The notes under the pieces: generated by a model
The model's database searches: none
Told to the model about the DNA's origin: nothing
Seen by the model: only the letters and a program-made list of their open reading frames with translations
From: Nemertoderma westbladi
Lineage: Eukaryota; Animalia; Xenacoelomorpha
DNA length: 60,592 nt
NCBI GenBank assembly: GCA_032718475.1
Contig: JAUCBJ010004648.1
Coordinates: 1 to 60,592, forward strand
Direction: 5' to 3'
Shown here: piece by piece, positions 1 to 11,500 of the stretch
Layout: the number at the start of each line of letters is the position of its first letter
Position numbering within the stretch: the stretch's first letter is position 1
Translations under genes and position numbers: made by a program

Positions 1-302
1 AAACCCCATTGATTATAGTCCATCACTGCTCTCTCAATGGTTTCAAGATTACATAGATAAAAAGTTGTTTATTGACGGCGGTATAATTTATTATAAATTT
101 GACAATCAATCGTGGGTGTGGGTAGTAAGTATGATTTACCAGTTAAACATAATTAAGATTATGATCATGATTAAGATATCAGAATTGCATGAAAGTTAAT
201 AAGTACTGGTATAAGAACGGATAATTAATCCAAAATCAGTTCACTTAAATTCAATCACAAAAAAATAAATGTAACTATACTATATAATTATATAATACTG
301 TA

Positions 303-985
303 TAACAGATATGAATAAAATTACTAAAAGGTTGTTTTATTAGTTATATGTTTAGCATGAATGAAAAATTTCGTGAAAATTTCATTTATTTATGACCAAT
401 TTTTTGTTGAACAAAGAAAAATGGTATTATCTAAAATAGCGGGAAGGTTTGAATTGTTCCTTAAACTTTAAACATCTTTATCGCTGAATGTTGGTTTTTC
501 ATGAAATGAAATAGGCTATTTATCCGCCAATTTTAACTGAAATGAGTTGAAATTTGGTACCCTTGTTCAGAATACCCTTTCCATAAATCTTCTAAACAAA
601 TTTGGCTGGAAATACCCTGGAGCCCTTTTTCATCAAAAAAGCACAAAAGGCCTTTTTTTGGGCCTTTTTGGTCTTAAATGGCCCCAAGCCATTTTCAGTT
701 AAAAACGTTCAGAAAAATTGGATCCAAGGGTCTTTTGAACTTATATTCCAAATTGCGACAAATTCCAACAAATATTGGTACAAATATAGCCTTTCGCGCA
801 AAAAGACACTTTTGGCCATTACAGAGCCATTTTGGGGACAATTTTAAAAATATGTTGTTTGGCTATTCTTAAACAACCCAGAAAATGTTTAGTAGTACAA
901 AAAATAATTTTGACCCAATTTTAGGGTCCAGTGAAACCAAAATGTGAGGTTACATTTGGGGGTGCCACCCCCCCCCCCCCCCCCA
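303..985 (-). mobile_element. Non-autonomous DNA transposon fragment (TTAA next to a G-rich terminus; Kolobok-like)
   Basis: Reverse-complement similarity to 59646-60385. The terminus is a poly-G/C tract next to TTAA (986-989). No coding capacity. Superfamily is inferred only from TTAA plus a purine-rich terminus. Confidence 0.55.
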
Positions 986-1403
986 TTAACTGTTTGTCGA
1001 GTGGTTATCGGTATATATATAAACTCGCTTTTATTTAGGATACTTCAGGTACTAGAATCATTAAATTTGCTACTTAAAAGTATATGAATTATCTAATAGA
1101 CCAAACCGTCAATATTTTAGAATTGCTCTTTATTATAAAAAAACTAAAGTAAAATGATAACTACGTGTGTTTAGTAATAACTTTAATATTTCATAAAACT
1201 ACTGTGAAATATCCAAACCGAAAATCTCAAAACAACTGAAAAATATATAATTGTAGGTAAAATTAACTTTGTAAACTTGTGTACCAATTTCCCATTTCCC
1301 ATAATATATTTGAATTTACTGAATCAAATAAATAATGAATAAAGTAAAGTAGCGAGGCACACCGCGTTGGACACAGTAGATGTTGTAAAAATAAGGGAGT
1401 GTT

Positions 1404-2571
1404 TGTACGCGCTTTTGAAGACCTTTAGCAGTTTAACCTGCCAAAATTTATATGTCTTTTGGTTTATAAATAGACTTTAGAAGTTGACAAATATTTAATA
1501 CCAATAAACACAACATTAGCAGAAGCCAGCCTAGTGCGCGTCCATTCACCCGCTGGATATACCCGGGGGGCTGGATTCTGAGGGCTTAGATTATTATTGC
1601 AGTGTAAGCTTACTGTATTATTCGATTGATTGTTAATAAATAATTTCTGACTAATATTATTCACTTTCGGGAAATATTAACAGTTCCTTTAGGACGTGGC
1701 GCTCTATCTAGGTAAACAGAGATATGACTTATACTAATCACAACGGTAAGTCGGTAAGGCTTATGATTCACGTATGAGGCGCATTCTTTAGGAAATGCTT
1801 AGTTATCAGTCACAATCAGGCACACTACCGGTAACACACAATACTGCTCACTAATTTGCAGACCGTCAATGAATTTTATCATATATAAAGAGAACAGCAA
1901 CGGACCCATGTAGTGCTTATCAAATAGCATTAAATTCACTACAAACCACAATAATATAAGTCGCAATCGCTATATATAACCCGTCTCTCTAACCTGTAGT
2001 GTATCAAGAAAATTGGGAAATTTGGGTTCTTTATATATGTTCTCCAAATAATATTCAACCAAAACACAACAGTAAACAGCAGTATAATAATGTATGTTGA
2101 ACCGATAATGTAAGACTGAATTGAGATAAGATAAGATAACAGTTATACGCTCTATAATTTAAGCCTACTAATGTTTCTTCTAAAGTATGAAACGAATTAA
2201 CTTTAGAGCCGGTGTTCCTGGCCTAGATAGAAACAACACAAAGTATCAAAGAAAAAACAGTAAGACTGAACGCTCTAGCATGATCTGCCAAAAGCTCCAC
2301 ATCGACAGAAAAAATCGCTCTAATTGGCTGTTAAGCAAACAAAGAACCATGTGTCCAATGGCCGTTTCCATGTCAGCAACCAGCTGTTAGATGTCGTAAT
2401 CTGAATCATCAAGGCTAAGCTGTGCAAGGGTATTTGGTGCATTGCGGGTTTTTTGCCTTACCATGTCCTCCAAAGCACGTATCTAGAAGAATGACTTTTA
2501 TGTCCGTTAAAACACCTATAACGGTACCTTGCGGGCGAGGGGGACTGAGTATATCCGCAAAAGCTTTTACA
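1404..2571 (-). repeat. 3' LTR of element A (1168 bp)
   Basis: Direct repeat of 18578-19698. By eye it differs by about five substitutions plus a 47-bp segment (2143-2189) that the 5' LTR lacks. Confidence 0.97.
2136..2146 (-). promoter_or_regulatory. Candidate self-primer / transcript 5' end in the LTR (sense ATAACTGTTAT)
   Basis: Exact reverse complement of the 11 nt immediately after the 5' LTR (18567-18577). Confidence 0.6.
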
Positions 2572-2582
2572 CCGCTCCCAGA
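2572..2582 (-). promoter_or_regulatory. Short polypurine tract (TCTGGGAGCGG) abutting the 3' LTR
   Basis: Lies directly before the TGT of the 3' LTR; a degenerate equivalent (TCTGTGAGCAG) precedes the 3' LTR of element B. Confidence 0.65.
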
Positions 2583-2649
2583 AAAAGGGATTCAAGTTTA
2601 TAAATATACAAAAATCACAGTTTCTAATATATGTAAATACTCTAAACAG

Positions 2650-5600
2650 TTAGTCTTTCTTGCGCGGACGGCGTTTACGCAGTTTTTTAAAGCTAGCCAG
2701 AGTCCTTTTCTCTTTGGGGCGAGCCACTTTACAGGGAGGGCTATAACTCCTGGGTGAAGGGTGCAATATGATTGCATCAGAGGGTGTAGGATTATGGTCG
2801 GTGTATCCGCCAGTCGAAGTACCGGGTTGATTGACATCAACGTCGGGGGAGAGGGGTCTAACAGCTTTGAGAGCTCGTTTTAAGACAGCCGCTCTTACGG
2901 GTCCTTTACGAGTGGTCTGAACGAGGGCCGTGGGTGGACCATAGGCAGTTAGAAACCTCCGGGGTTTAATGGTTCTTTCCAACTCGCGTTCGCGGGCTCG
3001 GTATTCGTAAGGCCGTCGATATACTTCCTGTAACTCGGGGTGTGAGTTAACAAACAAGTCTCCATAGTCCGGATCCTGACGGATATAATTGATTAAGTTA
3101 TAGGAATGAAGGTCGCTAGGATTAACACTCCTGAGAAATTTGCGTACGAATTTGGTTGAAATACATTCTCCGACGCGCTTCAGTAGCTCGTAACTCGATA
3201 TGCGTGATTTCTGTTCGACCGAAGCGAATAGATAAGGATGGAACGCATAAACTCCTTCGTAAGCGCGTCCGGGATAATAGCGATGGCGCGAATCACAATG
3301 TAAATCAGCGTTCGCTTCCCAAGCTCTGATGTTACGTAGTGTGATCATTTCATCTACGCTTTCCAAATCGTGATTAAAAGGGCAATCGAAACTGGCATGT
3401 CCCTTTAGCTGACAATGGTGACATTGAGTCATAAATTGAGGGCAAACCGCAAAGATATGCAAGTTATTGAGTCTGCAATATGCGCAATAAATTTCCATAG
3501 TCGGTTGTTCTTGGAAATAGGAACAGCGGACGTTTGTGTCCATGGGCGTATCATGGTCTCTCGATGCACATAACCGACAACGTTGCCTAGAAACATAGTT
3601 GGCATGTTGATAATCGTAAGCAGTGAGACATTGTGGACCTTGATACCATTCTATGATGTAATCGTTGTCGCTGTTCCGGGGCGCGATAGGCTGAATCTCC
3701 TCAGATTCTAGACATATTGGTTCGTCTTCCAAGTGCATAGCCGAGGTGGGCGTGTCTGTCTCTTCAGGCGGACCTATTGTCTGAATTTCCACGACAGAAT
3801 AACCTGTGGGGATTCGAGGTCTTTGTATAACAGAGGAGTGCAAGTTCGATATACAAATCTCTTGGAAAATGGCGAATCCAGCGCTATCCAACTTCTCTGC
3901 AGCTGAGTTTCTTAGGCTGAGTTTGGTCAAAGCGCGGTCTTTAAATTGGCTATCCACGTTGCGGAACGGGGTTAAAAATCGTCGGAAACATTCGAAGCGG
4001 ATGAATTTATTATGTTCATCTAGCTTAGCGAGTTTGGTCCCAAGTATTAATGGATGGGCGCGTATAGTACGACTGCACACATCGGCTAGCCAACCGGCAA
4101 GTGTGGTGTTTTCAAAGATCGTGTATATAGCTAAGGAGGGACGGAGTGGAACACTCATGAAGCTATACACGGCGCCAGGTGCGGTCAATGGTCCATCAAA
4201 GTATAATCGAGAATAATGGTCTCCGTATACTTGTTGATAGTTAATGGGATTTCCGACTTTGAAATTCCATCCGTATTCCTGAAAGGCAAGATGTCCGATG
4301 GAAGTTCGTTGCACCTTTGTAATGTTGCTAGACATGTTAGCATACATGGTGCGGAAGAAACCTCGACCTTCTGCCCAGGGAGCAATCAGCTGAGTATCAA
4401 CGAAAGGGTATGGAATGTTCTCCATATTCCGAAAGTCGTTTTGGAGATCTCCATAAACAGCTGAGCCGATTTTAAGGATTCTTTCGTTGAACAACATCTC
4501 GAGTACGGGCTGGGGTAACATCGATCCATCGATGCCCATGGCCGGTTTGCGTTCGGTGTCAATGACGTAACGCTGCGCGAGTTCGAATTGTCCATGTCGG
4601 AGATTCTTTTGTGTTTCGGTGAGAGTTTCAAAAGAATAATCAATCACGTCGGAACACGCTCGAGTAAACACGTGGGTAGAACCAGCTAATCCGCGTATGT
4701 GGATCATGCGCGTAGTTCCTAGTTCTCCGACCGGAACGCTACCTTCATTATCGTAGGTGACAACTCCATACATCTCAATAACATTAAGAGTTTCATTCCA
4801 CTCCTTGGTGGCGTTCTCTAGGGTCATCCCTACTGGATGCCACAAGGTGGCGCATTGGTTAGCGTCAGGGAGATCGCTATACTTCATGTGCCGAGTGATA
4901 TACGTCTCCACATTTCCATATCTTTGTATTTTCTCTTCATCAAATAATACATCTAGATTCCAATGGACTAATCGAGTTTTAATAAATCCATCGAGATTAT
5001 AAGGGGGTTCTATATCTTTCTCGATTCTAGAAATGTTATATGGTTTTCTAAATGAGTTTACTTTTACTAACTGATCCAGATGTTTCTGCAATTGTTCGAG
5101 TTCGACAATGTCTAGAGGATTTATTAGTGGTAGAAACTTTAAATTATGCGTCGGGTCTTCTGGTTTTACCATATAATATTGAGTCAGATTAACGTAATAA
5201 GGGTGGTCTTTAATCCCATAAAACGAGTTCTGTAAAGGTCTACCGCGTATGTTGACATCGTGTACCATACGACGGACAAGATCCGCTCGATTGTCCGGAG
5301 GTTCAACGAGTATACCGTCAACACGAGCGGCCTCTATCGGCGGACGCTGTAACATAGGGGCGTCAGCGATAAGATTTTGCGATCCTGTACTGATATCAAC
5401 CGGTTGAGGTTGTATCGTCGTGAAGAGTTTGTCTCCGAAATGTGGAATCATCGAGGGATGACGAATGGTTTGAGAGTAGAGGTCTGTCATAAGGATTTGA
5501 GCTTCAGGTTGGGCTAAAGCGGCTTCTTCTCTCTCTTCCAGTTTCGTGTGTTTCTCCTCGAGTAGATTTTCTTCCGCTTGTCTCTGTAAGCGTTCATCCA

Positions 5601-6903
5601 AAAATTCTTGTAGAGAATACGTGCGTCCAAGCTCGATGTCTTCCTCGAGGTTTTGGATTTCTCTATCGAACTGTGGCAAGGCTAGCTCCTTCACCGATTG
5701 GACTTGTTGTTGTAATTTACGTTTCTCTAAACAATCTTGTGTTCCCTTTCCGATCTTCTGTCGAATAGCATCTAAAGCGTTTCTTATAACGCTCTCCTCG
5801 ACTTCCGTGGCGGGTTGCATCAGGTTTAATCCTGGACGATTGTAAGGATCAAAGGGCGATATGAGTTGCCCGCGTCCCAATCCGGCCAAGTAGGATGGGC
5901 GAATGTCTAACGAACCCACTACCGGAGCGCCACCGATTAATTGTTCGGGTAACACTAAGTCTTTGAACAGAGAATATAGTTCGGGAGGATCAGTGATACT
6001 GTTAGGATCAAGAGTTTGAGGTCTCACTAGGGAATGAGGAGGCCTGACCGAGTATTCCGGAACTCTGATCATGGGTTTATTCAGTGATCGTTTAAGACTA
6101 GCGATCGTAGGTGGTACGTCGAACAGGTTTCGCTCGAAACTCCCGTAAGTGTAACGCGTAAAGCTGAGTTTAGCGCAACGTCTCCGCGGATGTTTATGTC
6201 TTTCAGTTTGTTGGTTGGGTCTAGGGCATTCGTCACAATAATACCAAAGACGTACGTCCTGCAGAGGAAACGCGGGTGATCGTTCTCCAGTTTTGCAATA
6301 TTCTTCCATTTGTTCAAAACTATCCGGGATAACAGGTAGTGGACGATCGGCGGTAAGATACATCATCGTGAAATAGAGCCGTTTGAGTTCTACCACAGGG
6401 TCCTGATGTATACCTTGAGGATATCGAGTCTCTAGGTTCTGCTGACTGTCGATGTTGAGATAGGTTTCTCTCAAAAATTCTAGGTATTCGTTGAAGTCGA
6501 TGCGTTTATCCGGTTCTTCAACGTTTTCTCTTTCCAGTCTACTACGAATAGAATTTTCGTGATCTATTCTCGGTTTATCGTTACGACTCCGCTGGGTATG
6601 ATATTTAAATAGAACCATTTCCCTCTCTGTATCTATATCGTCCGTATCATGCAAATCGATAGGATGGCCGGTAGTTAAGAAGTCCATATACGTACCATTA
6701 CGATTCGTATAGCGAGTGGTGAATTTTCGATAGTCCAATTCACGCGCAAGTTGCTCTTGGGACATCGGCGGTTCGATATAACGACCATCGTCCTCCGTAA
6801 TGGTTGGATCGGCTTCACCGCGTATTAAGCTATCCACAAATGCTTGTAAAGGTAGGGCATATCGCTCCCTAATACCAAGATCATCTTCTATCAACTCCGT
6901 CAT
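2650..6903 (-). CDS. Extra ORF3 of element A, 1417 aa: N-terminal Cys/His domain, coiled coil, DEDDy (WRN/RNase D-like) 3'-5' exonuclease, three CCHC-type zinc knuckles, basic C-terminal tail
   Basis: Intact ORF. ExoI VVTYDNEG (D718/E720); ExoII LPQPVLEMLFNERILKIGSAVYGD (D819); FVDTQ; SIGHLAFQEYG; ExoIII-like PLRPSLAIYTIFE (Y927/E931). Knuckles CRLC..H, CAYC..HIFAVC and CHHCQLKGHASFDC. Tail KKLRKRRPRKKD. Confidence 0.85.
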   Translation of the reverse strand: MTELIEDDLGIRERYALPLQAFVDSLIRGEADPTITEDDGRYIEPPMSQEQLARELDYRKFTTRYTNRNGTYMDFLTTGHPIDLHDTDDIDTEREMVLFKYHTQRSRNDKPRIDHENSIRSRLERENVEEPDKRIDFNEYLEFLRETYLNIDSQQNLETRYPQGIHQDPVVELKRLYFTMMYLTADRPLPVIPDSFEQMEEYCKTGERSPAFPLQDVRLWYYCDECPRPNQQTERHKHPRRRCAKLSFTRYTYGSFERNLFDVPPTIASLKRSLNKPMIRVPEYSVRPPHSLVRPQTLDPNSITDPPELYSLFKDLVLPEQLIGGAPVVGSLDIRPSYLAGLGRGQLISPFDPYNRPGLNLMQPATEVEESVIRNALDAIRQKIGKGTQDCLEKRKLQQQVQSVKELALPQFDREIQNLEEDIELGRTYSLQEFLDERLQRQAEENLLEEKHTKLEEREEAALAQPEAQILMTDLYSQTIRHPSMIPHFGDKLFTTIQPQPVDISTGSQNLIADAPMLQRPPIEAARVDGILVEPPDNRADLVRRMVHDVNIRGRPLQNSFYGIKDHPYYVNLTQYYMVKPEDPTHNLKFLPLINPLDIVELEQLQKHLDQLVKVNSFRKPYNISRIEKDIEPPYNLDGFIKTRLVHWNLDVLFDEEKIQRYGNVETYITRHMKYSDLPDANQCATLWHPVGMTLENATKEWNETLNVIEMYGVVTYDNEGSVPVGELGTTRMIHIRGLAGSTHVFTRACSDVIDYSFETLTETQKNLRHGQFELAQRYVIDTERKPAMGIDGSMLPQPVLEMLFNERILKIGSAVYGDLQNDFRNMENIPYPFVDTQLIAPWAEGRGFFRTMYANMSSNITKVQRTSIGHLAFQEYGWNFKVGNPINYQQVYGDHYSRLYFDGPLTAPGAVYSFMSVPLRPSLAIYTIFENTTLAGWLADVCSRTIRAHPLILGTKLAKLDEHNKFIRFECFRRFLTPFRNVDSQFKDRALTKLSLRNSAAEKLDSAGFAIFQEICISNLHSSVIQRPRIPTGYSVVEIQTIGPPEETDTPTSAMHLEDEPICLESEEIQPIAPRNSDNDYIIEWYQGPQCLTAYDYQHANYVSRQRCRLCASRDHDTPMDTNVRCSYFQEQPTMEIYCAYCRLNNLHIFAVCPQFMTQCHHCQLKGHASFDCPFNHDLESVDEMITLRNIRAWEANADLHCDSRHRYYPGRAYEGVYAFHPYLFASVEQKSRISSYELLKRVGECISTKFVRKFLRSVNPSDLHSYNLINYIRQDPDYGDLFVNSHPELQEVYRRPYEYRARERELERTIKPRRFLTAYGPPTALVQTTRKGPVRAAVLKRALKAVRPLSPDVDVNQPGTSTGGYTDHNPTPSDAIILHPSPRSYSPPCKVARPKEKRTLASFKKLRKRRPRKKD

Positions 6904-6944
6904 ATCTGCTATCTGAGTTTATTAATATCAAATATGTTTATATT

Positions 6945-7097
6945 TAGGCGAGCGGGCGTCGCTGCCTACTACTCTTTGCCCCCAGACAGTGGGATTCTCA
7001 GCGCCGATGTACCGTTGTCGCGCTGTTTACGCCAACATGTAGCAACATCACGACAACGATAACCGGCACAAGTCACTCCACTGTCCGTCCCAAAGGC
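6945..7097 (-). ncRNA. Conserved cis-acting RNA stem-loop structure upstream of ORF3 (candidate IRES or regulatory element)
   Basis: Nested stems GGACAGTGG/CCACTGTCT, GTGCCGG/TCGGCGC and TATCGTTGTCGTG/CGCGACAACGGTA, plus a TAGGC..GCCTA hairpin. Compensatory changes are seen in the element B copy (45348-45504). Confidence 0.6.
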
Positions 7098-7721
7098 TTG
7101 GATCCACTTAGGTTCTTTCTATAGGAGAGTTGGGCTACTTTTACAATTGCGACTAGCTACTGTAAACATACTTTAGCAGTAACATTCACCTATAAAGGCA
7201 CAAATTCCACACAACTGTCACCAACTGCACACATACAGGCCATTTGTCCGTTAGTCAGTGCCTTCCAGAATGTCACGTTATTACTGTGTATCCTTGGATA
7301 CTAACAGTATGCTATATATTCTCTATGCTATGCAATGGGACAAGCTTTCTATTGTTCTTTTAACTTGCTTCTAATTCTAGCGTGGGTGTTGCTATGGTGA
7401 CATTATGGAATGCTAGCGGTAGAATTAGGGTAATTCTCATGCATACAGATCTGGGATGCTATTTAATAATAATTCTTTAATTGTCAATATCCTCTTTATG
7501 CATGATTTTATTAATTTTATCGGCTATTGACTATATGTTGGAGATTCTCGCACTCTAATACACTCGATAGGATGAATCTCCGCTCCCGTGATCTATTAAT
7601 TAATGGAATTTTGGGAATGTTATAAATTGCGCAAAATGACAATTTATGAAATTCATTAAAAATATGAATTTAAATTTATTCCCGTGAATTTTATTATTTG
7701 ATGTTAAAATTGACACAATTT

Positions 7722-8010
7722 GATTCCAGAGCAGGTCTGGGGACATAGGATCCTTAATTCTATGAAAATTGTCTTTTAAGAGTATCGGTAAGTGCTGCGA
7801 TATCTTAATTGACTAGAAATTTAAATGATCTGAATTTTACAGATTTTAATAAATATTAAATTAATATTTAAGATGGGCACCGATTTATTCCAGAACTTGT
7901 CTGGGGACGTTAACCACTGATTCTAGAATTTGTCTTTCAAGTATATCGGTGGGTGCCACGATATCTTAATCGACTAGAATTACTGATGGTCAAAAGGTTT
8001 AACAGATTTA
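7722..8010. repeat. Diverged ~160-bp tandem duplication in the pol-ORF3 spacer
   Basis: Two units sharing TTCCAGA..GTCTGGGGAC..TTGTCTTT..TATCGGT..CGATATCTTAAT.GACTAGAA; also present in element B (~44410-44720). Confidence 0.75.
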
Positions 8011-8521
8011 TTTGCGTTTTACGCTACTGTTATATGGACATCACGCTACTATATGTATTATTTAATATAAGGTAGAAGAGCAATATCACACGAAGCAATG
8101 TCAGTGTGAAGAGGCAAGTCGTTTCCAAGGTCTACCCAGAGCTTGGTTTAGCCGAGACACGAGGATCTGAACTTTGCATTCCTAATACTCTGCCTACCAA
8201 TAATACTTGAATATAGTAGTGGCTTTATTGTACTTGAATAAGTACGGACATTTCATCTTACTGTAGTCACGTATTTATAATATGATACGGACAGTAAGGA
8301 AAGAGAAAAATTATTTCTCGCCGTCATACTAAATATATATTATATATGTAATTACGTAATAAACACTAATATATTGCACTAATCTACCAAATAATCTAAA
8401 ATAACCTTCTACTAAATAAAATTGAATAAAAACGATTATAATAAAGTACATAATAAAGTTCGCATATAAAAATATAATAAAATAGATAAAATAATATAGT
8501 GATACACCCACTCCAGACGTA

Positions 8522-11500
8522 TCACGTTGGGGAGTCCCTAGATGTTTGAGGAATTAGGGAGGTGGTCGTGGGAAGAGTGTCTTGCCTTCCATAGTTTCCA
8601 GAGAGTTCTCTGTCTCTTTCCAGTAAACATAAACGACCAACTGGGCGATTGAGTTGTTGCGTCTCAAAGATTATGCCTGGCTTCTTGAAGTTACGCCGCA
8701 TGACGACAAGTTCTACTGAGCGCACTAAACCATCATCCGAGATGTGAGTCTCGATGATACGACCTGTCTGCCACCGTTTACGTGGGAGGTCTTGATCTAC
8801 AATAAGCACCATATCTCCGGCGCTGACGTTTTCTTGCTGCGCAAACCACTTAGTTCGAAGTTGTAGCGTGGGCAGATAATGTTTCTCGAAATGGTCAGCG
8901 AAACGACGGGATAGCAACTGCATAAGTTGCCAAGTTCGACGGCAGTATTCGTCTCCGTCGGCAATCTCCGATCGTGGGAGCATGGCTACAGGTTTCTTCA
9001 GTAGGAAGTGCGCGGGTGTTAGCGCTTCCAGGGAATCGGGACTCGATGAGACTGGCATAAGCGGTCTCTCGTTGAGATAGGCAGCTATTTCCTCCATTAA
9101 CGTCCGCAAAAGTTCGTCGGTGAGATACGCGCGGCATGGCACTATAAAGTGAAATGCGGTTTTGACACTTCGAATTAATCTCTCCCAACTTCCTCCCCAC
9201 CAAGGGGCGTCGGCGGCGTTGAAGGTCCAGCTAGACGCTGTTATCCTTAGCTGGTCGTCCACCTGTCTTTGGTTCCAGTCCTTCACGTAAGCCTGTATTT
9301 CGTTGTTGGCACCAATGAAGTTCGTTCCCTTATCCGATCTCATGGTATTACTCGTCCCGAAGCGAGCGATCTGTCGTCGTAAACTTAATACGAAGCTGTT
9401 GGTAGATAGATCGTTCACCATATCGAGATGGATGGCTCTGCAAGTCATGCATACGAAGATGACACACCATCTCTTGACTATAGTCCTAGCACGATATACT
9501 TCAATAGGGCCAAATAAATCTACACCAGTATTAGTAAAAGGTGGTTCATAGAAGCTTACTCGTTCCCTAGGTAATTCTGCCTCTCGCTGTGTTAAAGGCC
9601 TACTGAATGCTTTCCTACAGGGTATGCAGTTCCTAAGAACTTGGTTCAGAGCTCTACGGGGTTTATCAAAATAATAGCGAGTTTGAATTTCGCTAAGAAC
9701 TCGTTCTCTACCAGCATGATAAAGTTTACTGTGAACATCTACAATCATCTTGATTTGTACTTCAAGATTTCTAATGAGTATGGGGAATTTAGTGTCAAAG
9801 GATAATGGCGCATTGGTGAGCCTTCCTCCAACACGTATTAACCCATCTATCATTGTGCTAGAGAATCGATCCCTTAAGCGCATCTGCGGATTTCTCAACA
9901 ACAGAAAATACTTATCAGAATCCTCATAGCATTGCAGGAGTCTCAGTATCTGCTTATTGGTTTCTTCATGCTCCTGGTAACTAATTTTCTCCTTTAGAAA
10001 CCGGTCGGATGTTTTATATTTGGGTAAATTTTTAATAACATGAACTTGCGCAGATGTCAATGGAGCGGTATCACTAGTGGTCTTAGTCCTGGAGTAGTGA
10101 TGATGAAGACATAGTCTTAAATATGTGACGGCTTTACAGAGCCTATTCCAGGAACTGTAGTGATGCATTGCTCTCTGCAGCAGGGGTGAGATTCCTTGCG
10201 AGACGTCTGGTATTCCAGATTTCCAATCTCTATCTCGAATTTCCGCAACAGACTTATTTGTGGCGAGGGATTGTGGATCCGAAGCATCGTTTCCGGAAGC
10301 ATGTAATACAGATAGATCGATAGTCGGTTTAAATAACTTCGATTTACTCGCCCGGGTTTTAGGTTTGACTGTCTCCGCTCCCTTGGCTTGTCTAATCTGC
10401 GCCGTAGTAAGGTGAGGAGGCCATTCATCCTCTTCCTTGCTCAGGAAGTCGGGTCCACCCAACCAATCTGGAGTATCTATCAGTTCCTGTGGAGTTGCTC
10501 CCCTGGAGGCGATATCGGCTGGATTAATCGTACCAGGGCAATGTCTCCATTGATCTATCTTTGTGCGACTAAGAATAATAGCTAACCTGTTAGTAACAAA
10601 AACGCTGAACTGACAGACTTCATTGGTTAGATACTCCAACACGAGTAAAGCGTCGGTCCAATAAACCGTTTTCTCCAGTGGATAGTCGATTTGTTCCGTT
10701 ACGTTCCGGCCGATGGCTGTAGCGTATAAAGCCGCCTTTAACTCCGCTCGAGGAACCTTTAACTTGTTGTTAATCAATGAGGTAACCAAGGCGACTTTGA
10801 TTCCATCCGGGGTTTCGACTCGCAGATATTCTACTATACCTATTCCCATGTCGCTGGCGTCTCCAAACACATGGAGTTGATAGGAATACGTAGGAAGAAC
10901 ATGGCCAAAATATGCACGGGAAATTATAAAGTTCTCGATGGCAGGTAGAGAATCTTCCCATTTCATCCATTTCTTTAACAATTCTCCCTTAAGCGGATCG
11001 TCCCATGAGTGGTTTTCAAGCCACATTTGTTGTACTAAACTCCGAGCAATCAATATAACTGGGCTTATAAATCCCAATAGGTCGAAATAAGTGCTCAGGA
11101 TACTTAAACAAATCCTTTTGGTCCGAACTGGATTATCTCGCTGTTTTAACTGAAAAAACAGGATGTCTCTTTCAGTGTCCCACTTCAAGCCAAGCGTCTT
11201 GGTTTCAGGAAGATCGTCCTTTATTAAGTCTAGGTCTTTCGCTCCTCGGTCTTCTACCGGTATCGCTTCCAGAAACTCACGGGAGTTGCTGGTGAATTTC
11301 GTCAGTCGAAATCCACCTCTTTTCAAACACTCTACCGTTCCTTTCGCGACATCTATGGCTTCTTCTACTGATGGAAGGGACCTTAAATTGTCGTCCATGT
11401 ATATATTCCGTTTGATGTTGTCTATCACCTCTTTTGAGAAGGCGTCTCGGTTGTCATTCGCAGTGGTTCGCACCACGGAGCAGGCGTTGGAAGGGCTTGA

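Noticed and set aside
1464-2757. Short ORFs within the LTRs
   Set aside because: Not conserved as frames between A- and B-type LTRs, and no recognisable motifs.
2650-6903. ORF3 as an envelope glycoprotein
   Set aside because: It occupies the env position, but has no evident signal peptide or transmembrane anchor; nuclease and knuckle motifs are present instead.
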